Below are positions 39,118-48,577 of a stretch of DNA of 51,806 nt, one piece after another. The translations under genes were made by a program, and so were the position numbers. The first letter of the stretch is position 1. The number at the start of each line of letters is the position of its first letter. The stretch lies in sequence record SRR20825006_2477; one strand, written 5' to 3'. The notes under the pieces were generated by a model. That model saw nothing but the letters and a program-made list of their open reading frames with translations. It searched no databases and was not told the DNA's origin.

Positions 39118-39208
39118 GTGTTTTCTAGCTTTAAATCTGTGCCTTAATATAGGGGTGAAAGGATTGATTTAAAAATACAAAACATTCTTTTCAAAGAAAC
39201 AGATGAGA

Positions 39209-39592
39209 CTATAAGGTCATCATCCATTTATGCTGAAGCTTTCTAAATTTGCGTATTTCGCGGCGTAAAATGCGTACAAAGTCTTTTCCGTTGCTTTCTG
39301 CACGCTCCAGCCGTTCACAAGTGCGATATAAACTAGAAGTCAGTCGTTCTATAGAAGCAGCTTGCTTTAGCCTGTCGTCTTGAAAAGCCATATTTTCAGC
39401 TTTTAAAATTTCAGGAGCCAGCGAGTCTGATTGGCGTACAATATCTCCTGTAAAATACACATAGGGATCTTCACTGCCATCTTTTTTAAGATGTGCAAGA
39501 TCATAAACCAAATAGTTAGAAACCGAGCGCGAAAGTCTCAGAATTTCAATAGCCTGGTTGTAAAGATGTGTATTTCTAGGTATATACGTCAT
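39209..39592 (-). CDS. Hypothetical four-helix-bundle-like protein
   Basis: 127 aa; LYNQA.EI, ILRREI..FR.L...W; paralog of the downstream gene. Confidence 0.72.
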   Translation of the reverse strand: MTYIPRNTHLYNQAIEILRLSRSVSNYLVYDLAHLKKDGSEDPYVYFTGDIVRQSDSLAPEILKAENMAFQDDRLKQAASIERLTSSLYRTCERLERAESNGKDFVRILRREIRKFRKLQHKWMMTL

Positions 39593-39706
39593 TGCTTTAA
39601 TAGTCGTTCAAATTTAACGGTATTCTACAACTTATATATTTTGTATTTAAAGTGTAAGTTTGTATTTACTTTAATTTTTAAAGAAATACTTCTAATTTAT
39701 TTAAAA

Positions 39707-40174
39707 ATGAATATAGATTCCGTAAACTGGAAAATCCTTCAACTATTACAGCGTAATGCACGTATGAGCGTGAGCGCTATAGGCCGTGAAATTGGTATCA
39801 CTTCGCCTGCCGTTGCAGAACGCATTCGTAAGATGGAAGACGCCGGGATACTCATTGGTTATAAGGCTGAAATCTCACATATAGAATCAGGTCATCAGCT
39901 TAAAGCGATCATCACGCTGCGTGCATTTATGGGAAGGTTAAAGCCTTTTTTAGAAAAGGTACACGATTTTAGTGAAGTGCTCAATTGCTATCGCATCACG
40001 GGTAATGAAAATATTTTTATGGAAGTGGTGCTTTTTGATCAATTCCATCTGGAAGAATTTATTGATAAATTGATTACCTACGGGGAAACCAAAACACACA
40101 TAGTTCTTTCTACAGTGATCGAAAATGCACCCATAAGAACCCGCAAAGAAGACCGAAAGAAAAAATCAGAATAG
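39707..40174 (+). CDS. Lrp/AsnC family transcriptional regulator
   Basis: IL..LQ.NARMS...IG..IG.T.PAV.ERI.KME..G.. HTH; CYRITG. True start ATG 39707 (155 aa); the longer ORF overlaps the divergent gene. Confidence 0.92.
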   Translation: MNIDSVNWKILQLLQRNARMSVSAIGREIGITSPAVAERIRKMEDAGILIGYKAEISHIESGHQLKAIITLRAFMGRLKPFLEKVHDFSEVLNCYRITGNENIFMEVVLFDQFHLEEFIDKLITYGETKTHIVLSTVIENAPIRTRKEDRKKKSE

Positions 40175-41380
40175 CGTACTCAAATACCACAAACTGAAAA
40201 GAATAAGCAAAACGATCGCAAACCAACTGAAATAATTGAGCAGTTTGCTAGGGCGGTGTTCTTTAGGTACTGCGCCGCTGTTCATCACCAGCACATTACT
40301 GATCGCAAAGAATGGAGCAGTCAAAAAAGAAAGTATGGTTGCGATTTGAACCAATGTTCCCATCTCTTTGGTTAAAAAGAACAGAATACCTACAGTGCCC
40401 AAAATGAGAATCACGATCCAGATAAAATAACTATGCTTTATCTTTTTATCAGTGATCAGGTCTAAGGTTTTTGCCATAGATCGGGGAGAAGCGTCCAGCG
40501 TTGTTAGCGTAGTGCTAAACATCGTAGTCAATGCTGCTATACCGATCAGATAAAACGCCCAGTTGCCTAAACTACTGGTGTACATGTCTATCAATTGTTT
40601 GGCAAAAGCGACGCCGCTAGAACTAAAACTGCTTCCGCTGTGAAACATAACAAAGGTCCCCAGCGCAACAAAACAAGTGCCTACGATTATAGTGCCTAAA
40701 AAGCCAATATTAAAATCAAAAACAGCAGATTTTGGGGTTATAGCTCCGCTTTTAGCTTTTTCCAAAGACCATAAGGAATGCCAGATAGAAATGTCTAAAG
40801 GTGCCGGCATCCAGCCCATAAAAGCTATCAGGAATGCAATTCCTACTGAATCTTTAGGGAGTATTTGAGTCAGGCTAACTGCTTCAGATGTTTGTGAGCC
40901 TGCCATAAATGCCGCAGCTAGTGTGCTGATCGTAAGTGTGATCACAATGACTTTCATTAAACGATCCAGCAGATTATAGCGCCCAATAATGAGTATCACA
41001 GCGCAGATCGCGGTAATGATCAAAGACCAGATTGTGATATCCCAGTTCACATCAAAGATATAGGTAGCAATACCTGCGGTTACGATGGTTACCGCAGTTT
41101 GAATTGTAAAAATGGTAAGCAGATTAATACAGAAGTATAGTATTAAAACAGCTTTACCCAGACGTTTGTAACCGTCAAGCAAACTCTGACCGGTAGCTGC
41201 CGCATAGCGTGGGCCAAATTGAAAAAACGGATATTTAATCACGTGAATCAGCACGAGTGCCCAGACCAGGCCAAAGCCATAATCAGCTCCCGCACGGGTA
41301 GATTGTACGAGGTGTGATACGCCAATGGCGGCACCGGCAAACAAAAGGCCGGGACCCAACTGTCTAAAAAAGTGCTTCAT
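40166..41380 (-). CDS. NRAMP-related (APC superfamily) membrane transporter
   Basis: LGPGLLFAGAAIGVSHLVQSTRAGADYG, ~11 TM, TMFSTT; lacks the canonical DPGN of MntH. Confidence 0.75.
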   Translation of the reverse strand: MKHFFRQLGPGLLFAGAAIGVSHLVQSTRAGADYGFGLVWALVLIHVIKYPFFQFGPRYAAATGQSLLDGYKRLGKAVLILYFCINLLTIFTIQTAVTIVTAGIATYIFDVNWDITIWSLIITAICAVILIIGRYNLLDRLMKVIVITLTISTLAAAFMAGSQTSEAVSLTQILPKDSVGIAFLIAFMGWMPAPLDISIWHSLWSLEKAKSGAITPKSAVFDFNIGFLGTIIVGTCFVALGTFVMFHSGSSFSSSGVAFAKQLIDMYTSSLGNWAFYLIGIAALTTMFSTTLTTLDASPRSMAKTLDLITDKKIKHSYFIWIVILILGTVGILFFLTKEMGTLVQIATILSFLTAPFFAISNVLVMNSGAVPKEHRPSKLLNYFSWFAIVLLILFSLWYLSTLF

Positions 41381-41386
41381 GAGTAC

Positions 41387-41944
41387 TTAATGCTCTTTTT
41401 CGATCAAGTCTGAAAGAAGGCGGCGAGCTCGCAATAATTTGACCTTCACATTGCTCATAGGCTCATTTAAGGTTTGCGCCATTTCTTTGTAACTCATCTC
41501 TTGAAAGTAGCGCAAATTTATCATTTCCTGATAATGTGGTTTAAGTTTTTTAATGTGACCCTTCAGTTCAGAAAGACTTTGTTCTGTGATGAGCGCATCT
41601 TCGGCAGTAGGATTGTCGTCAGCTACTTTATTTACTTTTTCATCTTTACTGAAATGCCGCTGCCTGCTGTTTTCTTTCCGAAGCAAATCAATATGAAGAT
41701 TTTTAGAGATCGTAATAAGCCACGTACTGAATTTATACGTACTGTCGTAAGACTCCAGTTGGTTAAACGCTTTGGCAAAAGTTTGAATGGTGATTTCTTC
41801 CGCCTTAAAATCATCTTGCGTACGCTCTAGCTGAAAACGGTAAACCATATTCCAATAAGTGTTCAGCAGGTAATTAAAAGCGCTCTGACTGCCACTCTTA
41901 GCCTGTGTAATTTTATGATTTACGATGTCTTGATTTACTTCCAA
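41387..41944 (-). CDS. ECF-type RNA polymerase sigma factor
   Basis: Region 2 (TF.KAF...FSTWLITISKN) and region 4 (SYKEMA..L.EP..NVKVKL.RAR). Confidence 0.92.
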   Translation of the reverse strand: MEVNQDIVNHKITQAKSGSQSAFNYLLNTYWNMVYRFQLERTQDDFKAEEITIQTFAKAFNQLESYDSTYKFSTWLITISKNLHIDLLRKENSRQRHFSKDEKVNKVADDNPTAEDALITEQSLSELKGHIKKLKPHYQEMINLRYFQEMSYKEMAQTLNEPMSNVKVKLLRARRLLSDLIEKEH

Positions 41945-43044
41945 CGGCGGGGTTTTACCAGAGAGTTTGATATAAAGATAAGCATTTGCAGACTCACTAA
42001 AAACGGTTCTAACAAGAGGATAAAAGGAATTAAATCGCGCTCCTGAAGTTTTTTAGCGGTGGTTGCATATATGCTCCAAACATACAACTCCCGCACAACA
42101 AATAAACACAAGATTATATAAAAATGTGCAGTGGCAGTGAGTGCGGCTCCTAGAAAAAATAAAAAGAATAGTATTTGAGAGCAGTAAAAAAGAGCGAGCT
42201 GTACTTGATGTTTTGCTTGATACAAGTGTGCCACGCCAACGTGTCTTCTCTTCTGAATGAACCAACTTTTCCAAGTGGTTTTGGGTTGTGAGATCGTAAA
42301 AGCTTCCGGATTTATACAGAGTGCTACATTGGTGGGTGTTGCATTTTGATTGACAAAAAGGTCATCATCTCCCGGTTTAACGTGCTTATGGGCTTCAAAA
42401 CCGCCGCTCGTATTAAAAAGGGTTTTAGTATATGCTAGATTTCTACCAACGCCCATATAGGTGTTCTTGCGCAGGGCGTATGTAAAATATTGCAAAGCAG
42501 TCAGCAAGGTTTCAAATCTGATCAACTTATTTAAAATAGAATTCTTCAATTTGAGATAGGCACCATAACCCAAAACAATTTCAGCATTAGGCATAAAAGC
42601 TGAGTGCATTGATCTCAACCAGTGTTTTGAAGCCGGAATGCAATCTGCGTCTGTAAATACGAGACGGTCATATTGCGCCAAAGCAACAGCTGCGGTAATC
42701 CCTGCTTTTTTACCGGTTTGCTCTGTTAGATTAAGGAATTTAAAATTTTGGTGTTTTTGATCAAATTCACGCAGGAGTTCTGAACTTCCATCAGTAGAAT
42801 GGTCGTTTACGAGCAGAATTTCAAAAACAGAAAATTCCTGCTCCAGCAATTTTGGGATAAGCGTTCTGAGGTTGTTGATCTCGTTCTGAGCACAAACAAT
42901 TACAGAAATACCTTCTTCTTCAGAATTCGTATGAATGGACCGCTGTGGTCTAAAAGGGAAAATTGAAAAATACGCGAAGTAACTTATGTTGACAATGCCA
43001 ATGGCTACAAACGCATAAAAGAAAAGTGGGCTTAGCGCAACCAA
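41935..43044 (-). CDS. Family 2 glycosyltransferase with C-terminal TM helices
   Basis: ISVIVCA.NE, VNDHSTD, GKK, FTDADC, GDDD, QKRRH (Q/RxxRW-like). Confidence 0.9.
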   Translation of the reverse strand: MVALSPLFFYAFVAIGIVNISYFAYFSIFPFRPQRSIHTNSEEEGISVIVCAQNEINNLRTLIPKLLEQEFSVFEILLVNDHSTDGSSELLREFDQKHQNFKFLNLTEQTGKKAGITAAVALAQYDRLVFTDADCIPASKHWLRSMHSAFMPNAEIVLGYGAYLKLKNSILNKLIRFETLLTALQYFTYALRKNTYMGVGRNLAYTKTLFNTSGGFEAHKHVKPGDDDLFVNQNATPTNVALCINPEAFTISQPKTTWKSWFIQKRRHVGVAHLYQAKHQVQLALFYCSQILFFLFFLGAALTATAHFYIILCLFVVRELYVWSIYATTAKKLQERDLIPFILLLEPFLVSLQMLIFISNSLVKPRRWK

Positions 43045-43055
43045 GCCGGTGAAGA

Positions 43056-43259
43056 TTAAGATGCTTTACTAGTAGAGCAGTCGCCTATTTCGTCTGGCAT
43101 TTTACCACACATCCCGCAGGCTTCACCACTTTTATTCAAATATGGATTCTGACTTGCGCAGGTTCCGGCAAATTTACCGTCTTTTTTTGCCCAAATTTTA
43201 ATAGCAATTCCGGCAAATGCAAGTCCTAATAAAAGTAATGTGATTAATAGCAGTTTCAT
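43056..43259 (-). CDS. Small membrane-anchored Cys-rich protein
   Basis: 67 aa; N-terminal TM, GKFAGTCASQNP, CGMCG, terminal Cys; a TAnnTTTG element lies upstream. Confidence 0.75.
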   Translation of the reverse strand: MKLLLITLLLLGLAFAGIAIKIWAKKDGKFAGTCASQNPYLNKSGEACGMCGKMPDEIGDCSTSKAS

Positions 43260-43277
43260 AACTCAAAATATATAAGA

Positions 43278-43285
43278 CAAAGATA
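43278..43285 (-). promoter_or_regulatory. -7 promoter element of the small protein-GT2-sigma operon
   Basis: TATCTTTG on the minus strand. Confidence 0.55.
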
Positions 43286-43444
43286 CAAAATGAAGCTTTG
43301 AGCCCCAAGTTATAGCTTTGTCGTAAAGCGTTAATATTTCTAACATATCCCCAGTTTATTTAACTAAAGATTAGTAGCGCAGCCGTTTAAGTGCTTGATA
43401 TTCTGTTTAATTTGGCTTCTACATTAACCATAAATAAAATGATT

Positions 43445-44083
43445 ATGAAATTCAATAAGTTAATTATAGCTCTTGCAGTAAGCACCGGTATTTTAGTTTC
43501 TTGTAACGACGGAAAAAAGAATGATGAAGAAATAAGACTAGAGGAGCAGGAGATGCAAACCGCTGAAGCTGATCAAGCCGCGAAGGAAGCAGAAGAAGCA
43601 GAGATGAAAGCACAACAGATGAAGGAAGAAGCGCGTGCAAACAGTATTGCTTCAAAAGCAATGGCGGCAGAAGAATTAGATACCTTAGTTCTTGCCTTGA
43701 AAGCAGCAGGTTTATCTGAAATGTTGATGGCAGAAGGAGAGTATACCGTTTTTGCTCCTACAGATTACGCTTTTTCTCAATTGAAAAAAGGTACGCTTGA
43801 AGATTTGACCAAAGCTGAAAACAAAGAACAATTAGTAAGTGTGCTGCAATACCACGTAATCCCGGGAATTATGAGATCTGAAGATCTTGGTAAAGCGATA
43901 GATGCCGGCAACGGAAAAGCTAAAATTCAAACAGTAAAGGGTGAGGAACTCACCATAATGCGCGATGGAGATCAAATTGTGATCAGAGACGGAAAAGGTA
44001 AAAAAGCCCAAATCGTCCTAGGGAATATCGAAGCATCAAATGGTGTGGTACACGAAGTAAATAAAGTATTGATGTCTAAGTAA
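43445..44083 (+). CDS. Fasciclin (FAS1) domain lipoprotein
   Basis: Lipobox LVSC, charged helical linker, YTVFAPTD.AF, LQYHV, ASNGVVH; start 43439 or 43445. Confidence 0.9.
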   Translation: MKFNKLIIALAVSTGILVSCNDGKKNDEEIRLEEQEMQTAEADQAAKEAEEAEMKAQQMKEEARANSIASKAMAAEELDTLVLALKAAGLSEMLMAEGEYTVFAPTDYAFSQLKKGTLEDLTKAENKEQLVSVLQYHVIPGIMRSEDLGKAIDAGNGKAKIQTVKGEELTIMRDGDQIVIRDGKGKKAQIVLGNIEASNGVVHEVNKVLMSK

Positions 44084-44099
44084 GTTGATACACTTATAA

Positions 44100-44139
44100 A
44101 AAAACAAAAACCCCGCTTTTCTGCGGGGTTTTTGTTTTT
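44100..44139. terminator. Bidirectional terminator between fasciclin gene and murB
   Basis: AAAAACAAAAACCCCGC-ttttct-GCGGGGTTTTTGTTTTT. Confidence 0.88.
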
Positions 44140-45155
44140 TACTCAATAATATTGACTTCGGGCTGAATCTCAATTCCAAATTGCTGGTGAACTTCCTTCT
44201 GAATTCGCAGCGCCAAATCCCAGATTTCGTTGCCGCTGGCATTGCCGTAATTTACGAGAACTAAAGCTTGATTTTTATGAACGCCGGCATCGCCAAAACG
44301 CTTTCCTTTAAAACCAGCTTGCTCTATAAGCCATCCCGCGGGAATTTTGACTTTTGCTTCAGAAACTGGGTAAAAAGGCATTTCAGGATATTTCTGCTGT
44401 ATGGTCTCAAAAATAGTTTTAGGTACTACCGGATTCTTAAAGAAACTTCCGCTGTTGCCCAATTTTTTAGGGTCAGGAAGTTTAGATGATCTGATAGCAA
44501 TAACGGCTTGAGCGATATCTTTAATAGAAGGATCACTGATTTTCTTTTCATTCAAAACCTGTTGAATTGCTCCGTAGCCGGTATGCAATTGGTGCTTGTT
44601 TTTATCCAATTGAAAAGTTACCGAAGTAATCACATATTGATCTTTCAACTCATTCTTAAAAACCGAATCTCTATACCCAAAACAACAGTCTTTAAGCGAG
44701 AAGGTCTTTTGTTCTAAAGTCGTTCTGTGAATCGCCGTGCAACTGTAAAAATGATCTTTAAGTTCAACCCCATAAGCACCAATGTTTTGAACTGGCGCAG
44801 TACCCACATTACCGGGAATTAATGCCATATTCTCCACCCCACCGTAACCGTGGTTCACACAATACATCACAAACTCGTGCCAGTTTTCGCCGCCGGCAAC
44901 TTCCAGCCAAATATTGTCAGCAGTTGCCTTAACCGTTTTAATTCCTTTGAGCGCAACGTGGATTACTAAAGCATTTACATCGCTTTTTAATAGCATATTG
45001 CTTCCGCCGCCTAAAATGAATTTTTCAGGATAAGCTTTTAACTGCAATGCTTCTTTGAGCATTACAATATCAGTAACCGAAATAAACGCTTTTGCCTTTG
45101 CTGAAATACCAAAGGTGTTGTACGACTTTAAAGATGCATTATGAGTAATTTGCAT
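44139..45155 (-). CDS. murB: UDP-N-acetylmuramate dehydrogenase
   Basis: NTFGI, LGGGSN, IPGNVG..PVQNIGAYG, FGYRDS, GSFFKNP, QALVLVN. Confidence 0.96.
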   Translation of the reverse strand: MQITHNASLKSYNTFGISAKAKAFISVTDIVMLKEALQLKAYPEKFILGGGSNMLLKSDVNALVIHVALKGIKTVKATADNIWLEVAGGENWHEFVMYCVNHGYGGVENMALIPGNVGTAPVQNIGAYGVELKDHFYSCTAIHRTTLEQKTFSLKDCCFGYRDSVFKNELKDQYVITSVTFQLDKNKHQLHTGYGAIQQVLNEKKISDPSIKDIAQAVIAIRSSKLPDPKKLGNSGSFFKNPVVPKTIFETIQQKYPEMPFYPVSEAKVKIPAGWLIEQAGFKGKRFGDAGVHKNQALVLVNYGNASGNEIWDLALRIQKEVHQQFGIEIQPEVNIIE

Positions 45156-46346
45156 TTAGTCTTTATACTGGCTTAGAGCTTCTTTTAAAAGTTCTACAGC
45201 TTCAATCAAATCTTCTTTTTTAAGTACGTAAGCGATTCGCACCTGATTTAAACCTTCGCCCGGAGTTGAGTAAAAACCTGCTGCAGGCGCTACCATTACT
45301 GTCTTTTTATTGACCTCAAAAGACTCTAAAAGCCACTGCGCAAAATCATCAGAATTTTTTACCGGAAGCTCGGCAATACAGTAAAATGCACCTTTAGGCT
45401 TGGCAACACGCACACCAGGAATGGCTTCTAATCCAGCTACTAGAGTATCTCTACGATCAACATATTCTGAAATTACTTCGTCAAAATAAGACTGTGGAGT
45501 GTCAAGAGCAGCTTCACTCGCAATTTGAGCAAGTGTAGGCGGACTCAAGCGTGCCTGAGCGAATTTCATCGCTGTTGCCATAAGTTCTTTGTTGCGGCTT
45601 ACGATGCATCCTATACGCGCACCACACATAGAAAAACGCTTAGAAACCGAGTCGATCATAATCGTATGCTCGTCAATCTCACGCTGATTTAAAACAGAAT
45701 TATGTTGCAATCCATCATAAGCAAACTCGCGGTAAACTTCGTCTGCTATTAAAAACAGATCGTGTTTTTTAACCAATTCAGAAAGTTGGTCGAGTTCGTC
45801 TTTACTATACAAATAACCGGTAGGATTTCCCGGGTTACAAATGATGATCGCTTTAGTTTTAGCAGTGATCTGTTTTTCAAACTCAGCGATAGGAGGTAGT
45901 GCAAAACCGCTTTCAAATGATGAAATTACCGGTTTTACAGTCACTCCAGAAGCGGTTGCAAAACCGTTGTAGTTTGCATAAAAAGGCTCAGGAATGATAA
46001 CCTCGTCTCCAGGGTCTGTAATACTTCCCATGGCAAATAAGAGCGCTTCAGATCCGCCGGTGGTAATAATGATATCATTTGCATCCATCTCGATGCCTTG
46101 TTTACCGTAATAAGCAGCTAATTTTTGGCGATAGCTTAAAAATCCTGCTGAATGACTGTAGGACAACACCTCGATATTGGCCTCTTTTACTGCATTAAGC
46201 GCAGGTTGTGGCGTTTGAATATCAGGTTGGCCAATATTGAGTTGGTGAATTTGGACCCCTCTGGCTTCTGCTGCTTCAGCAAAGGGTACAAGTTTTCTTA
46301 TAGGAGATTGTGGCATTAATTGCCCTTTTTGCGATAACTGCGGCAT
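45156..46346 (-). CDS. PLP-dependent class I/II aminotransferase (aspartate aminotransferase-like)
   Basis: NIGQPD, NPGNPTG, ADEVY, SVSKRFSMCGARIG. Confidence 0.92.
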   Translation of the reverse strand: MPQLSQKGQLMPQSPIRKLVPFAEAAEARGVQIHQLNIGQPDIQTPQPALNAVKEANIEVLSYSHSAGFLSYRQKLAAYYGKQGIEMDANDIIITTGGSEALLFAMGSITDPGDEVIIPEPFYANYNGFATASGVTVKPVISSFESGFALPPIAEFEKQITAKTKAIIICNPGNPTGYLYSKDELDQLSELVKKHDLFLIADEVYREFAYDGLQHNSVLNQREIDEHTIMIDSVSKRFSMCGARIGCIVSRNKELMATAMKFAQARLSPPTLAQIASEAALDTPQSYFDEVISEYVDRRDTLVAGLEAIPGVRVAKPKGAFYCIAELPVKNSDDFAQWLLESFEVNKKTVMVAPAAGFYSTPGEGLNQVRIAYVLKKEDLIEAVELLKEALSQYKD

Positions 46347-46458
46347 GTCATTTAATTTAGTCTGTAAAGTTGCAAATTAAAAATGAGAAAAAAATTTAAA
46401 GAATGAACTAGCATAAATCCGGATTAATTACTAAATTAACAGTAATTGCACGTTAATT

Positions 46459-47811
46459 ATGCGTTATGTTTATTTAATATCGACACTGTTTATTTATATG
46501 ATAAATTTTGAGGTTTTTCCTCAAGGTGCATTTCTTTTGCCTGATGGTAAAAATCATATAAAAATAAAAGCTGATGTTGTAAATAATCTAATGATCATTC
46601 CTGTGCAGATCAATGGTGTTGAATTGTCTTTTTTGCTCGATACCGGTGTGCGTTCTACAATTCTTTTTGATGCCGAAGCAGATTACCCATTAAAGCTGAA
46701 TAATAAATCTACGGTCTGGCTACGCGGTTCTGGGGATGGTGAGCCTAGTAAGGCGATAAAATCTACTCAGAATATTATAAATATTGGTGCTTCGGCGGCG
46801 ATCAATCAAACGGTTTATTACATTCCGGATAGCGCCCAAAATTTCTCGCCCCGACTTGGATTTCCCGTACACGGGATCATTGGGTATGCGCTTCTAAAAG
46901 ACCTTTGTGTAGAGCTCAATTATCAGCGCGGCTTCATAAAACTATATGATCCTGAATATTTTCGCTCAAAGAAATTTCGATCCTCTACTGCGTTAACTTT
47001 CGAACTTAAAGAAGGAAAACCCTATCTAAATATTGGTCTGAATCAAAATGAAAAGGATTTTAGGGCAAAGCTTTTGCTCGATTCGGGCAGTGGCGACGCG
47101 TTGTGGTTGTTTCACAATACCCACGAGGATATTGCAGTTTCAGAGAATGCTTTTGAAGATCATTTAGGTTTGGGACTTAATGGGGAGGTAACCGGTTATC
47201 GATCTAGAATAAACAGACTTTCCCTAGGCGATTATGAGTTAGATAAGGTGAATGTCGCTTATCCTGATGATAAATCCTTAACGTATTTAAATGGAATGAA
47301 TTTTAGGAATGGAAGCATTGGTGCATCGGTGTTGCGAAGATTTACGGTATACCTTGACTATGGTAAGAAAAAGCTGTTTTTGCGAAAAAACCGCTACTTT
47401 GATGAGCCTTTTAGATACAACCGAAGCGGGCTGGTCGTAGAGCATACAGGTTTTGAGTTGGTGGCTGATATTGATTACGGAATAGCGAAATCGAGAACCA
47501 TAACCACTGCAGATGGCAGTACCCGAAGTGTTTTTCTAGAAACAAATGTCGTGCAGTTTCCGCAGTTGCGATTAAAACCCAATTTTGAGATTGCAGCAAT
47601 TCGCGAGGATTCTCCGGGAGCTGATGCGGGATTGGCAGTAGGCGATAAGCTACTGAAGATTAATGGTCGCGATGTGCGTAAATTAGAGCTGAGCGATATT
47701 ACTAAACACTTTTTTAAAGATGAGGGAGCAGTCTTACGCCTAAGAATTGAGCGTAATGGAGTTGAATTTAATAGGAGACTGAAATTAAAAAAGCTACTAG
47801 TAGAGGAGTAA
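46459..47811 (+). CDS. Double retropepsin-like aspartyl protease with C-terminal PDZ domain
   Basis: FLLDTG...GIIG and LLDSG...GSIG; PDZ SPG..AGL.VGD.LLKING. Confidence 0.85.
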   Translation: MRYVYLISTLFIYMINFEVFPQGAFLLPDGKNHIKIKADVVNNLMIIPVQINGVELSFLLDTGVRSTILFDAEADYPLKLNNKSTVWLRGSGDGEPSKAIKSTQNIINIGASAAINQTVYYIPDSAQNFSPRLGFPVHGIIGYALLKDLCVELNYQRGFIKLYDPEYFRSKKFRSSTALTFELKEGKPYLNIGLNQNEKDFRAKLLLDSGSGDALWLFHNTHEDIAVSENAFEDHLGLGLNGEVTGYRSRINRLSLGDYELDKVNVAYPDDKSLTYLNGMNFRNGSIGASVLRRFTVYLDYGKKKLFLRKNRYFDEPFRYNRSGLVVEHTGFELVADIDYGIAKSRTITTADGSTRSVFLETNVVQFPQLRLKPNFEIAAIREDSPGADAGLAVGDKLLKINGRDVRKLELSDITKHFFKDEGAVLRLRIERNGVEFNRRLKLKKLLVEE

Positions 47812-47944
47812 ATTGCTTCAAGATTTTAAATCGATTGACTTCCTAAGATGCCGATTTAAGAGGCACTAAATGGAAGCAAATTTTCAATTTAGAAGTTTCC
47901 CGATAGTCATTGAGACAGTGTGTTAAACCTATCTGCGAGCCAAT

Positions 47945-47971
47945 AAAAAAAGCGACCACTAGGTCGCTTTT
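47945..47971. terminator. Bidirectional terminator
   Basis: AAAAAAAGCGACC-acta-GGTCGCTTTT. Confidence 0.82.
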
Positions 47972-47992
47972 GCTTTAATATATTTTCCGGTC

Positions 47993-48379
47993 TTAATTGG
48001 TTGCCGGTAATAAGGTTCCCTTGATTTTTAAGGTATATGGTTCTGCCGAAGCATTAGTATATACCGTAATGGTTTTGCGTATTGGTCCGGGAGAGCGGTT
48101 GGTGTCATATTTTACTTTGATCACGCCGGTATCGCCGGGAGCAATAGGATCTTTAGGTGGGCTAGGTACTGTACAGCCGCAAGTAGAGTAGGCTTTAGAA
48201 ATTACTAGCGGGGCATCACCGGTATTTGTAAATTTAAACTCACGGGTGCCATCACTTCCGTGTGCAACGTCACCGTAATCGATTACGTCGGTTTCAAAAG
48301 TAATTGCAGCTTTCTTATCCTGAGCTTGCAGGCCTAAAGTCATTAGACCAACAGCAAGAATCAAAACAATTTTTTTCAT
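47993..48379 (-). CDS. DUF1573 family exported Ig-like protein
   Basis: Signal peptide; F.FTNTG..PL.I, CGCTVP, PI.PG. Confidence 0.85.
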   Translation of the reverse strand: MKKIVLILAVGLMTLGLQAQDKKAAITFETDVIDYGDVAHGSDGTREFKFTNTGDAPLVISKAYSTCGCTVPSPPKDPIAPGDTGVIKVKYDTNRSPGPIRKTITVYTNASAEPYTLKIKGTLLPATN

Positions 48380-48540
48380 AATTCTAAGTGTTAATGAGAT
48401 ATAAAAGTAAGCTTATTCTAAAGTATGTGCAAAAAGTAGCTGTTATTTAATTAAATCTTAAGTATTTTCTTACAGCATAACTTTTCGAAAACCCTACGTT
48501 TTAATCGGTCGGATTTTTTCAGAATACTTACTATTATAAG

Positions 48541-48548
48541 TACTTTTG
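48541..48548 (+). promoter_or_regulatory. -7 promoter element of valS
   Basis: TACTTTTG, 30 nt upstream of the ATG. Confidence 0.55.
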
Positions 48549-48577
48549 CACTCTTAAAGACAAAAATTAGACCAATA

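Noticed and set aside
38590-39592. Diversity-generating retroelement suggested by Avd-like proteins
   Set aside because: No reverse transcriptase and no template/variable repeat pair were seen in the window.
39431-39706. Long N-terminal extension of the Lrp ORF
   Set aside because: It overlaps the divergent gene and AT-rich promoter DNA; the Lrp HTH starts at ATG 39707.
40166-41380. Calling the transporter mntH
   Set aside because: The DPGN and MPH metal-binding motifs of true NRAMPs are absent.
47811-47882. Long imperfect inverted repeat (TTGCTTC/GAAGCAA, TTAAATCG/CGATTTAA) after the protease gene
   Set aside because: Short AT-rich arms with large unpaired gaps; cannot be distinguished from chance.
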